Positions 49,628 through 59,219 of a stretch of 64,000 bases of DNA are shown here, in pieces (the first letter of the stretch is position 1; every line of letters begins with the position of its first letter). The notes under the pieces were generated by a model. The model worked only from the letters and a program-made list of their open reading frames with translations, did no database searches and had not been told where the DNA came from. The stretch is taken from contig JAVZJD010000001.1 of NCBI GenBank assembly GCA_038870975.1, positions 960,001 to 1,024,000 on the forward strand. Reading direction: 5' to 3'. Source of the DNA: Candidatus Bathyarchaeia archaeon. Its GTDB lineage: Archaea; Thermoproteota; CALKCG01; B24. Made by a program: the position numbers and the translations under genes.

Positions 49628-51145
49628 CTATATATTTAAGATTTTCATGATTATTTTCGCGAATCTTTCTCCAACAATTGCCCTTATTAATTGAGCATCC
49701 TCTTTGCCTATACAATTTAACGCTCTTACTAACGCTATGTATATTGAGGCTCCAATAATGACGTATAGCGGAAGCAATAGGTTGTTTTGTAGGATTTGTT
49801 GTAGTGTCAGTACTCCCACTGCCATAATTGAAGAAGATATTAGCGTTTTTAAAGCCATCTGTTTATCTACTTCTATTTTAACTATTCTTGATGTATAATA
49901 GAATGATAGTGTAAACGAAGCCATGAGCGAGAGCCCTCTTACTATTGTCAATCCGATTAAGTTTAACCTCCAGAGTAGGGGGAAGAAGACTAAACTTACA
50001 GTAATGGAAACCACGTCCAACAATAGTATGGTCTTTGTCCTCCCATAGACTAGTAGTAAACTGCTAAACGATGGCAATATTCCATAAACTAGTCCAAATA
50101 TTGAGAGGATTGCGAGAACACTCCACGCATCAGAATACTGTGCACCAGCAAACAATGTAATTACAGGTTTAGCTACAACCGCCAAGCCGGATGCTAATGG
50201 AAACATTATAAGCATCGTGTATTTACTTGCGTGTTTCACACTTTCTGATATTGCTTTATGGTCGTTTTTTCCATACATTACTCCATAGTATGGGAGGAGT
50301 GAAGAACCAAGAGATGATGCTATCGTAATAAGTACTGAGAATGCCTTGTAAGCTACGTTATACATGCCAAGCTGCTGAATTGGTAAAAACATCAGGATTA
50401 ACGCTTTATCATACCAAGTGTATAAGAGTGAAACTATGGATCCTAAGTATATTGGCGTGGAGAATTTTAACATGCTGGGTAACAGTTCAATCGACTCATT
50501 TATTACATCTTTACTGAAGTTTACATGTTTTAAAGTCGATATAGCGAGGATTGTGAAAAGAGTTAAATCTCCAACGATCCAACCGTATATTACGCCGATT
50601 AACCCATATCCATTGAAGAGGAATAGTGTTGTAGACACCCATCTTATAGATGTATAGAAAATACCATAAATTGCCATCTTCTTCAATCTACCTGAACCCC
50701 AGAGAATACTGTTCAACAGGGAAGATATAGATAGAAAGACAACATTTACTGTAGCGAGTGTTAAGACCTTCGAGTAAACTGGTGTTTTGAATAAGGCTTC
50801 AGAAACCTGTGTTGATAATACAACGACTGGCAGGGTAGCAGTTAATATTAAAACGAGTCTAAGCATTAAGGCGGAGAGTATATGCTTCGAGTAGTCTAAA
50901 CCCCTACCAATATCTTCAGATATGAACCTTGCGATTGAAGGTGAAATCCCCAAGTCTATTCCAGTTTGAATAAGCGAACATAGCATTGTAACACCTGCTA
51001 TTACACCCATCTCCTCTTGAGTTATAACTCTGGCCATGTAGGCGTATCCTAGGACGCCTATCAACGTTGAGAAGATATTCTGTAGAGTAAGATATGCTGA
51101 ACCTACTGCAACGCTTGTTATGCTAAGTTCAGTAGCTTCGGCCAA
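49628..51145 (-). CDS. Wzx/MOP-family oligosaccharide flippase
   Basis: Many TM segments; DLGI...IARFIS, DK..I.......LG.Y..AY and PVI.LF.G..Y motifs. Confidence 0.85.
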   Translation of the reverse strand: MAEATELSITSVAVGSAYLTLQNIFSTLIGVLGYAYMARVITQEEMGVIAGVTMLCSLIQTGIDLGISPSIARFISEDIGRGLDYSKHILSALMLRLVLILTATLPVVVLSTQVSEALFKTPVYSKVLTLATVNVVFLSISSLLNSILWGSGRLKKMAIYGIFYTSIRWVSTTLFLFNGYGLIGVIYGWIVGDLTLFTILAISTLKHVNFSKDVINESIELLPSMLKFSTPIYLGSIVSLLYTWYDKALILMFLPIQQLGMYNVAYKAFSVLITIASSLGSSLLPYYGVMYGKNDHKAISESVKHASKYTMLIMFPLASGLAVVAKPVITLFAGAQYSDAWSVLAILSIFGLVYGILPSFSSLLLVYGRTKTILLLDVVSITVSLVFFPLLWRLNLIGLTIVRGLSLMASFTLSFYYTSRIVKIEVDKQMALKTLISSSIMAVGVLTLQQILQNNLLLPLYVIIGASIYIALVRALNCIGKEDAQLIRAIVGERFAKIIMKILNI

Positions 51146-51323
51146 GATTTACACCATTATTTACCAGTCGGTTTTTAAAACACTTAACATATGAAGTTTC
51201 AACGTTTTCCATATAAATATTTAGCAAAGCCAGCTTCAATCGCCAACACTCCTCTAATTCACCTAAAAATAAAAGGTGTTCGTCACGTTATGGAAATGTT
51301 TAAAGACTACCAGTGATATTATT

Positions 51324-51755
51324 ATGCGAATGTCTGAAGACGAAATAAGAAAGACGCTTAAAAATCTTAGTGAGAAGATGGATAATATCATCGCGAGACT
51401 GGACTACTTGGAACAAATTATAGCCAGATACCCGGATTTGGCATCTCTGTCTGAGGTGGTTTTCTGGTTTAAAACTGGTCTGAAAATCTATGATGAGCCT
51501 TTAAAAGTTTTAAACAGACTTCTATCCTTAGGCGAGGTGATGGACGAAAAAATCGACGAAATATCTAGAGTCATAGTGCAATCTCTGGCCTTAAGAGGGA
51601 GTATGAATATTTCACAGCTCACTAGAGAGGTTAAAGCTCAGAGGGGAAAAGCGTCTAGGAGGACTGTGAGGGCTAGGTTGAAAGCGCTAATTGAGAAAGG
51701 ACTCGTTGAGAAATCCGGTCATTACTTCCAGCTAGCTCGGAGGAAAACTGGTTGA
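51324..51755 (+). CDS. Coiled-coil plus C-terminal winged-HTH protein, putative regulator
   Basis: MNISQLTREV...GKASRRTVRARLKAL.EKGLV; ATG 51324 or 51330. Confidence 0.7.
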   Translation: MRMSEDEIRKTLKNLSEKMDNIIARLDYLEQIIARYPDLASLSEVVFWFKTGLKIYDEPLKVLNRLLSLGEVMDEKIDEISRVIVQSLALRGSMNISQLTREVKAQRGKASRRTVRARLKALIEKGLVEKSGHYFQLARRKTG

Positions 51756-51907
51756 TATACATCTGAGAATGGAATCTTCAATCCATCATATTACAACCGT
51801 ATTAGGCTCCATTGGATTATTCTTCTGACATATATCCATTTTCTGGCCACTTTTACCCATCAAACTTAAGTAATCTATCCAAGCTCATTATAGGCTGAGG
51901 TGGTATT

Positions 51908-52225
51908 ATGGCATCGGAATCTGAAAAGGAAGAGTTGAAAGCAGTCGCAGAATTCATAAAAGAACTGTCGAATGTAGTGCCAAACATGGTTAAAGGCATT
52001 TTAGAAAGCTTCTTTAGCGAAGAGGCTGGAAGGTCGATGGGGAAAGCAGTCGGCAACTTCTACAATGAGCTTGTAAAATCTGGAATTCCTCCGCAAACAG
52101 CCGTAGACATGGCTAGAGAATACTTAGAGACTCTAACAAAATGGAGCGATATTTTAAAGACCCTGCAAATCCATGCGCCGCCGAAAAGAGAAGCTAAAGA
52201 GGTAGAAGTGCTTAAAGAAGAATAG
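51908..52225 (+). CDS. Hypothetical helical protein
   Basis: GAGGTGG RBS, 105 aa. Confidence 0.75.
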   Translation: MASESEKEELKAVAEFIKELSNVVPNMVKGILESFFSEEAGRSMGKAVGNFYNELVKSGIPPQTAVDMAREYLETLTKWSDILKTLQIHAPPKREAKEVEVLKEE

Positions 52226-52235
52226 CAATAGGTGA

Positions 52236-52490
52236 ATGTGTTTGAATTCATCCCTCTTCTTTTTTATTCTCAAACTCTTCTGGGCTTTCACAGTTATAGT
52301 TTTCAAGTTTTCATGGATTCTTCTTAAAGCTAAATGGCGGAGATGGAGAACCGTTAAAGTCTTCAGAAAACAGCTTATGAAAAGTGGAGTTCCAAGAAGA
52401 GGAGCGGTGGAAATTTCAAAAAGTTATATTTCCATAAATTTTAGAGATATCGTCCGTCTGATGCGTTCATTATCCAAGCTGCAGCAATAA
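52236..52490 (+). CDS. Hypothetical basic protein with N-terminal hydrophobic helix
   Basis: AGGTGA RBS; shares KSG.P...AV motif with upstream ORF. Confidence 0.65.
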   Translation: MCLNSSLFFFILKLFWAFTVIVFKFSWILLKAKWRRWRTVKVFRKQLMKSGVPRRGAVEISKSYISINFRDIVRLMRSLSKLQQ

Positions 52491-52512
52491 GCTTAAAAAT
52501 AGAGGATATTTA

Positions 52513-54312
52513 CTAAGCTCTACAAGACTTTTTGAAGGCTTTAACAGTATTCACGTAGTTTCTTACAGAATCTACTAAAGCGACCGCGAAGAGTATGATG
52601 AAGATTATGAAAACCGAAGACTGTACGTAGGCTACCGTTGTTCCCATGGGTAGAAGTTCATATACTACTTTCAAAACTCCACCATGAATGGAGGCGGAGG
52701 CAAAGACTAGTATAGGCCAAAACGTAATGAGGCCATAGAGAGGATTGTAATGTTTAAGCACGTATGATGTTGCAACAAGTAGACCTATGCATGCCATCAA
52801 TTGGTTGCACATTCCAAACATAGGCCATATCACGCTTATAGTTCCAGTGTAAAGTAGATAGGCCCATGCAAATACCATAAAGATGGTTAAAACAATCGTG
52901 CTAAGCCACCACTTATAAGCTTTTGTAGGTTTTATTCCTAAAGCGTCCTGCAAGAAATACCTTCCCATACGTGTACCATGATCCATGATTGGCATTATAA
53001 ATACGCCTATGTATACTATTGCTATTTGATACCAATACACTATGGTTGCGTCTAGGCCAAATAAGCTGGAGAGGATCTTCGCTATACCGACACTTAGAGA
53101 GGTTACACCGCCTGTTCTTCCCTGAAGATTCATACCTATTAACTCTGAAATCCTCTTCAACTCCACAGGTTCCATTCCAAGTGTGGCATAAACTTTGGGA
53201 GACGTATTAATGGCAAAATAATCTCCTGGAGCTAACATGCAAGCTAAACATAAAGCCACAACCGCTATAGCGCTCTCCAGTAGCCAGCCACCATATGCAA
53301 TAGCTCTTATATCGGTTTCTTTAGATAGAAGCCTCGGTGTTACGCTTGAACAGCAGAGACTATGCCAGCCTGATATAGCTCCACACGTAATAGTTATAAA
53401 GAGAAACGGCCAAAGTGCTCCTGAAATCACAGGCCCTCCTTTGAAGCTGTATTCTGTGACTGGAGGTATTTCCAGAGTTGGATGTGCAAGGAATATAGCT
53501 ACCACAAGCAAAATGACGAATGCAATCTTCATAAGTCCACTTAAATGGTCTCTGGGAGTTAACAGTATATGGATAGGTAGTATGGAAGCAATTGAAGAGT
53601 ATAAGGCTATTAGAATTATCAAGGCTCCTCTATCTAAGTCGAAAATCTTAAGTAGCCATGTGTGTTGAAACATTCCTGCGGTGAAAAATAAAGCCATTAG
53701 TATGGCTAGACCTATTACCGACGCTTCGAAAGTCCTCATCCTCCTGATCCACCTCGTATATACATATATGAGAATTGAAATCGGAATGGTCATCATAACG
53801 GTGAACGTAGCCCAAGGATTATGTTCAAGCGCATTTATAAGGCCCATGCCCATACCTGAGATGGCGACAATAGCCATGAAGAATGTTGCCAATGTTATGG
53901 TGATCCAACTTAACCGCCCTAACTCCTTCCGTGCGATTTCTCCAATAGACTTTCCACCATTTCTGACAGATAGGAGCATAACCATAAAGTCGTGTACTCC
54001 ACCAGCTAGACACGTAGCTATCAGTATCCATATTATGCACGGAAGCCAACCATATTGAGCGGCTAAAGTAGGTCCTAAAAGGACACCAGCGCCTGCTATC
54101 GTTGCGTAATGATAAAATAGGACTACCCATTTATTCGTAGGTACGTAGTCCCTTCCATCATTAAACTTTACAGCTGGTGTCGGGTTTCTATCGTCCAGCT
54201 TAGCAATCTTTGCGGCTAGAAACTTTGAGTAAAACTGGAAACCTAATGCAAATACAAATACAGCCAATGCCATTAGAATGGCTGAATTCAACAACATCAC
54301 TCTTGAGAACAT
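52513..54312 (-). CDS. cstA: Carbon starvation protein CstA-family transporter
   Basis: TPA...DG.DYVP, IAGAG..LGP, GGVHD, LFITITCGAISGWH and IWPMFG..NQL motifs. Confidence 0.92.
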   Translation of the reverse strand: MFSRVMLLNSAILMALAVFVFALGFQFYSKFLAAKIAKLDDRNPTPAVKFNDGRDYVPTNKWVVLFYHYATIAGAGVLLGPTLAAQYGWLPCIIWILIATCLAGGVHDFMVMLLSVRNGGKSIGEIARKELGRLSWITITLATFFMAIVAISGMGMGLINALEHNPWATFTVMMTIPISILIYVYTRWIRRMRTFEASVIGLAILMALFFTAGMFQHTWLLKIFDLDRGALIILIALYSSIASILPIHILLTPRDHLSGLMKIAFVILLVVAIFLAHPTLEIPPVTEYSFKGGPVISGALWPFLFITITCGAISGWHSLCCSSVTPRLLSKETDIRAIAYGGWLLESAIAVVALCLACMLAPGDYFAINTSPKVYATLGMEPVELKRISELIGMNLQGRTGGVTSLSVGIAKILSSLFGLDATIVYWYQIAIVYIGVFIMPIMDHGTRMGRYFLQDALGIKPTKAYKWWLSTIVLTIFMVFAWAYLLYTGTISVIWPMFGMCNQLMACIGLLVATSYVLKHYNPLYGLITFWPILVFASASIHGGVLKVVYELLPMGTTVAYVQSSVFIIFIILFAVALVDSVRNYVNTVKAFKKSCRA

Positions 54313-54334
54313 ATACTTTGTAAGGTTTATTTAA

Positions 54335-54365
54335 ACATTATGTTAATATTTAATTAACATAATGT
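54335..54365. promoter_or_regulatory. 31-bp inverted repeat abutting the cstA TATA-like box
   Basis: ACATTATGTTAAT-ATTTA-ATTAACATAATGT, perfect 13-bp arms. Confidence 0.65.
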
Positions 54366-54451
54366 GGAGGTGTCTAGTAAATATTAAGGGGTTTATTTTT
54401 ATATGTAGTAATTAAAAAATTTGGCGTAGAATAGTTTCGTTCTTTACATTC

Positions 54452-55240
54452 TTAGCGTGTTATACTGTTGAAGATCTGCATGCTTTCCTCTTGTGCCTCT
54501 GTAATGAGTTTTAAGCCGTCATTGAACTTGCCGACTTTTAATAAAGCTTCCCCCGTTTCAAGCTTTCTTCTAGATTCGGCTGCTAACTCTGATCTCCCTC
54601 GTCGTACTACCCCCTCTATAGCCTCTCTAGTGAGGTAGATTATTTCATCAGCCATCCCATACTTCATGTAGGGTAGAGACTCATAGTAAGCTATTCTCTC
54701 AGCCAAATCTGAGAAAGGTTGAGGCTTTAACTTTGCCAGCCATCTGCCTCTGACTCTAGCTTCGACGAGTGCAACATCTAAGTTGTACCGTGTTACAGGT
54801 AGTGGGTTTATTGGACGGAAGCCTAAGATTATAAGCCATCTACAGATGTCCTGTAAAGCTAATATGCATCCTTTACCCGTACCGCCAGCTACAGCCACGG
54901 CTAAAGCTGGCTTTCCAGATTCTCCATAGTATCTCATTCTATCCATAAAGTCTTTAGCTAAACCGTTAACTGATAGAAAGTAGACTGGTGCTATAAAAGC
55001 TAGGGCATCATTATCGTTAAGCTTTCTCCTAAGCTCAAGAGTATCGTCTCTCACTCTACACGCCATCTTCTGCCAGCAAGGAGGTTGTTCACATGCAAGG
55101 CATGGACCAATACGCTTCTCAGCCAAGGTTATAAGCTCAACTTCACTATCAACCTCTTTAACACCCTCAGCAACTTCTCTAGCGAGCTTCATGCAAAGCC
55201 CATCTCTATGTGGGGAACCTGATACTATTAAGACCCTCAT
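54452..55240 (-). CDS. Flavodoxin-like / iron-sulfur flavoprotein (FMN reductase fold) with C-terminal extension
   Basis: GSPHRDG, CLAC....C.....C and APVYF......K.FMDR motifs. Confidence 0.82.
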   Translation of the reverse strand: MRVLIVSGSPHRDGLCMKLAREVAEGVKEVDSEVELITLAEKRIGPCLACEQPPCWQKMACRVRDDTLELRRKLNDNDALAFIAPVYFLSVNGLAKDFMDRMRYYGESGKPALAVAVAGGTGKGCILALQDICRWLIILGFRPINPLPVTRYNLDVALVEARVRGRWLAKLKPQPFSDLAERIAYYESLPYMKYGMADEIIYLTREAIEGVVRRGRSELAAESRRKLETGEALLKVGKFNDGLKLITEAQEESMQIFNSITR

Positions 55241-55316
55241 CCATAAACACCTCTACAAAATAGTACCAATTAGTATTAAAGACTTAAATTCAACTTGAAC
55301 GCCGTGTTGATCTTGA

Positions 55317-57137
55317 TTGGTCTACTGGTGTCTAGACTGCAACGTTCCCCTCATAGCTGAAAATTGCTCATCGTGTAGAAGTAGAGGAGTAGAAGTTAGG
55401 CTTTTCCGTCCTGAAGATCCTAGACCTGCTTTAAACCACGACTTAAATGTTCTTAGAGATGCTGTAGAATCTGAGTTTGGAGTAGGAGCTTTCAGGAAAA
55501 TACTGTGTGGTGGTGTTATTCTTCTAAATAGGGTTCCTTACGCCGATGTGGGATATGAAGTTGTTGGAGACGGTTATATTCTGGGGGATCTATTCTACGA
55601 TATTAGTCTTCTTAAATGGAGGTTTAAACCCGTTAAAGTTGGTTGCCTAAAGCTTGTTGAAAGTGGATGCATGGAATCTGTTAGAGTTGATGGCGAGCTT
55701 ATTAAGGGTCGAGAGATTCATTCAAAGGTCGTAGACCGTGGATATGTAGCCATTAAAGATCAAAATGGAGAAGTCGTAGGGGTTTCTGAACAGATGGGAA
55801 ATCGTTTAAAAATTTTAAACTTGTGGAAGCCACTTGGAGGTGTTGAAAATAGGAGGAGAAGCAGTCTTCTAGACGCTTTAAAAGCGAATGAGGATGCTCT
55901 TTTCTCAGTAGAGTCTAAGGGGGCAGCTTCTCTATATAAGAGATGTAAGAGATTTGAATGGGATGTCGCTCTATCTTTCTCAGGTGGTAAAGACAGTCTT
56001 GTAAGTTTGAATTTAGCTCTCGAAGCAAATTTAGAGCCTGTAATAGTTTTCACAGATACGGGTGTTGAACTACCGGAGACTGTTTTAAACGTTTACGATG
56101 TTTCCTCAAAGTTCGGACTTAAATCGTTTGAAGCGGAAGCCAGAGATGCGTTTTGGAAGGGGTTTGAACTTTACGGTCCACCTGCCAGAGGATATAGGTG
56201 GTGTTGTAAAACCTGTAAGTTAATACCAACAGTTAAACTATATAAGAACGTGTTTAAAGGAAGGGTTTTAACGATTGTTGGACAGAGGGCTGCAGAGTCT
56301 AGAGCTAGACGTAAGAGAGGGGACATATGGGTAAACTACTGGATACCTAACTGTTTGAATATGACGCCGATCAACGACTGGACTATGTTACACGTTTGGC
56401 TGTACATATTCTACAAAAAGCTTGAAAGTCTTGTAAACCCGCTATACTTTAAAGGATTAGATAGAATTGGATGCTACACTTGCCCCTACTGTAATCTAGC
56501 AGAGTTTCAAGATGTTAAACGTCTACATCCTGAACTATGGGCTCGATTAAATGAGAAGATTGAAGAATGGGCTTTTAAAAACGGTTTTAACGATGACTAT
56601 GTGAGGTTTGCATTATGGAGATGGAGGAAGACTCCGAGGAGGATCGAGAAATTAACGGGTTTATCGTTTAAAGATGTCACTCGTACTTCTCTTAAAATTG
56701 AACTAGTTGAAGTCGATAAAGACGTTTTAACCCTTAAGCTCAATAGCTCAATAATCCTTGATAAAATCTTAACACTTTCACCGACTATTGGAGGACTTGA
56801 GAAAACTTCAGAAAATGTGTTGGAGAGAAAAGAGGGAGGTGTCTTAGTACGCCTGTATTCTAATGGTGTAGTAGAAGCTCACGGTGTTGAATACTTCAAC
56901 CTCAGACCTCTAATTAAGGTGTTAAGTCTTGTGTCGAGGTCTACATTATGCTGTAGATGCGGCTCATGCGTCTACTGGTGTAGGAAAGAAGCCGTAAAAT
57001 TGGTTTACGACCATATAAGCGTAGATGCTTCGCGTTGTGATGGCTGTGGACTATGCACAGATAAGTGTCCCTCTGCCGTCTACTTTATAGAGGAAAATCT
57101 CCAGGTACTAGTTAAAGCCGTCTATAGGAAAAATTGA
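55317..57137 (+). CDS. PAPS-reductase-family PP-loop protein with N-terminal Zn ribbon and C-terminal 2x[4Fe-4S]
   Basis: WCLDC..CSSC, SFSGGKDS, RWCCKTCK, RIGCYTCP, CCRCGSCVYWC and CDGCGLCTDKC. Confidence 0.85.
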   Translation: MVYWCLDCNVPLIAENCSSCRSRGVEVRLFRPEDPRPALNHDLNVLRDAVESEFGVGAFRKILCGGVILLNRVPYADVGYEVVGDGYILGDLFYDISLLKWRFKPVKVGCLKLVESGCMESVRVDGELIKGREIHSKVVDRGYVAIKDQNGEVVGVSEQMGNRLKILNLWKPLGGVENRRRSSLLDALKANEDALFSVESKGAASLYKRCKRFEWDVALSFSGGKDSLVSLNLALEANLEPVIVFTDTGVELPETVLNVYDVSSKFGLKSFEAEARDAFWKGFELYGPPARGYRWCCKTCKLIPTVKLYKNVFKGRVLTIVGQRAAESRARRKRGDIWVNYWIPNCLNMTPINDWTMLHVWLYIFYKKLESLVNPLYFKGLDRIGCYTCPYCNLAEFQDVKRLHPELWARLNEKIEEWAFKNGFNDDYVRFALWRWRKTPRRIEKLTGLSFKDVTRTSLKIELVEVDKDVLTLKLNSSIILDKILTLSPTIGGLEKTSENVLERKEGGVLVRLYSNGVVEAHGVEYFNLRPLIKVLSLVSRSTLCCRCGSCVYWCRKEAVKLVYDHISVDASRCDGCGLCTDKCPSAVYFIEENLQVLVKAVYRKN

Positions 57138-57216
57138 ACCCTATGGGAATCTTTAAAACTTTTAAGTGAGGAGTAGCCTAGTAAACTACGTTCAAAATCT
57201 AAGGAGATGATATTTA

Positions 57217-57771
57217 ATGTGGGAAATCTTTTGGCTTGGCAGAGCTGGTCAAGGAGTCATAACCGCTAGTCATATTCTATCTGCGGCTGCCATCCTAGAG
57301 GGGAAACATGTCCAGGCATTCCCACAATTTGGCGCTGAGAGACTCGGCGCACCCGTGAGAGGATACACTAGGATAAGCGATGAACCCATAGAAATACACA
57401 GTTCCATATCCAAGCCTGATGTTGCCGTCATAATGGACACAAATCTTTTAAGAGACTTAGTTAGGAATGGAAGCTTACCAGACGCTAAGATTCTAGTGAT
57501 TAACAACAGTGGAGACGAACAACTCGCGAAGCAGGTTCGAAGCCTGAAATCTAACGTGTGGGCTGTTAACGCCACTGGGATATCTATGAGTATATTTGGT
57601 AGAGTTGTGGTTAATACCCCTATGGTGGGTGCCTTGGTTAAAGTCGCGCCAATTGTTTCTCTCAAAGCCGTTGAAGAAGCTGTTGTAGAGAGGTTTAAAG
57701 AGGTTCTTGGCGCGAGAAACGTTGAAGCAGTACGTAGAGCATATGAATCTGTGGAGGAGGTTAAACCATGA
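57217..57771 (+). CDS. porG: Pyruvate/2-oxoacid:ferredoxin oxidoreductase gamma subunit
   Basis: GRAGQG, AFPQFGAER.GAPV and NTPMVGA motifs. Confidence 0.9.
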   Translation: MWEIFWLGRAGQGVITASHILSAAAILEGKHVQAFPQFGAERLGAPVRGYTRISDEPIEIHSSISKPDVAVIMDTNLLRDLVRNGSLPDAKILVINNSGDEQLAKQVRSLKSNVWAVNATGISMSIFGRVVVNTPMVGALVKVAPIVSLKAVEEAVVERFKEVLGARNVEAVRRAYESVEEVKP

Positions 57772-58034
57772 GTAAATACGACGTAATAATGGGCGCGGTT
57801 ATACCTAAACCTAGAAGCTCTATCGAAAATAAAACCGGCGGATGGAGAACCAAAAGGCCGGTTATCGACGTAGAGAAGTGTGTAAACTGTCTAATATGTT
57901 GGATCTACTGCCCGGATGCAAGCATAATCAGGCTTGAAAAGTACGTTGCGGTAAACTACGACTACTGTAAGGGATGCGGTATATGTGCTGAAGAATGTCC
58001 TAGGAAAGCCATAACGATGGTAGAGGAGGTTTGA
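57768..58034 (+). CDS. porD: 2-oxoacid:ferredoxin oxidoreductase delta subunit
   Basis: KTGGWR..RP, CVNCLICWIYCPD, YCKGCGICAEECP. Confidence 0.93.
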   Translation: MSKYDVIMGAVIPKPRSSIENKTGGWRTKRPVIDVEKCVNCLICWIYCPDASIIRLEKYVAVNYDYCKGCGICAEECPRKAITMVEEV

Positions 58035-58037
58035 CAA

Positions 58038-59219
58038 ATGGGTAGACGTATGGGTTTAACGGGGAATGAGGCTATAGCGTACGCTGTTAAACAGTGCGAC
58101 GTAGGGCTCGTATCAGCCTATCCGATAACGCCCCAGACTATAATAGTTGAAAGGATAAGCGACTACATTGCCAACGGGGAGATAGATACAGAGTTTGTAT
58201 GCGTAGAGTCTGAGCATTCAGCACTTTCAGTATGCATCGGTGCCAGTTTAACTGGTTTAAGAGTATTCACTGCCACGGCCAGCCAAGGCTTAGCTTTGAT
58301 GCACGAAGTCCTCTACGCGGCCTCTGGGTTGAGATGCCCAATAGTTATGGCTGTGGCTAATAGAGCTCTATCTGCACCGTTAAATATACACTGCGACCAC
58401 TCAGATATGATGGGGTCTAGAGACTGCGGTTGGATTCAAATATTTGCAGAGAACGTTCAAGAAGCTTATGATTGGACTATTCAATCGTTTAAGATAGCTG
58501 AGCACCCCAATGTTCAGCTTCCTGTAGCCGTTAACATAGATGGATTCACCTTGACTCACTGTTTAGAAGACATAGATGTCTTAGAGAAGGAGACCATTGA
58601 AAAGTTTCTACCCCCTAGGAAACCCATATACCGAATAGACCCTGAGAATCCCATGACCTTCGGAGCGTGGACTATGCCTGAGTATTACTATAAGTTTAAA
58701 CTCCAACAGCAGGAAGCTATGGAGAATAGTATTAAAGTGATTAAACAGGTAACAGATGAATACGGTGAACTCACGGGTAGAAAATACGGAGTAATCCAAA
58801 GCTACGGCTTGGAAGATTCGAAAGTAGCTATTATGGCCCTTGGGAGTACATGTGGAACATTAAGACACGTCGCCAAGTCTCTAAGGAAGACCGATGGTCT
58901 TAAAGTAGGGGTTATAAAGCTTTGGCTATATAGGCCTATACCTGAAGACGACCTTCTATCGATATTTGACAACTTAAAGGCTTTAATAGTCTTGGATAGA
59001 GCATTAAGCCCTGGAGCCGTCTTCGGGCCTCTCGGAAGCGACATTGCTTCAATAATCGTTAAACGGGATTTAGACCTTAAGCTTCTAAACTACACCTATG
59101 GTCTTGGTGGAGACGAGGTCTCCCTAGAACTTGCTGAAAGGCTTCTTAAATTAGCTATGAAAATATCGGAAGGCGTTAAACCTCCGAGTTTAACTGGATA
59201 TTTAAAGGAGGTGGTGTGA
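58038..59219 (+). CDS. porA: 2-oxoacid:ferredoxin oxidoreductase alpha subunit
   Basis: AYPITPQT, VESEHSA, TATASQG and NRALSAP motifs. Confidence 0.93.
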   Translation: MGRRMGLTGNEAIAYAVKQCDVGLVSAYPITPQTIIVERISDYIANGEIDTEFVCVESEHSALSVCIGASLTGLRVFTATASQGLALMHEVLYAASGLRCPIVMAVANRALSAPLNIHCDHSDMMGSRDCGWIQIFAENVQEAYDWTIQSFKIAEHPNVQLPVAVNIDGFTLTHCLEDIDVLEKETIEKFLPPRKPIYRIDPENPMTFGAWTMPEYYYKFKLQQQEAMENSIKVIKQVTDEYGELTGRKYGVIQSYGLEDSKVAIMALGSTCGTLRHVAKSLRKTDGLKVGVIKLWLYRPIPEDDLLSIFDNLKALIVLDRALSPGAVFGPLGSDIASIIVKRDLDLKLLNYTYGLGGDEVSLELAERLLKLAMKISEGVKPPSLTGYLKEVV

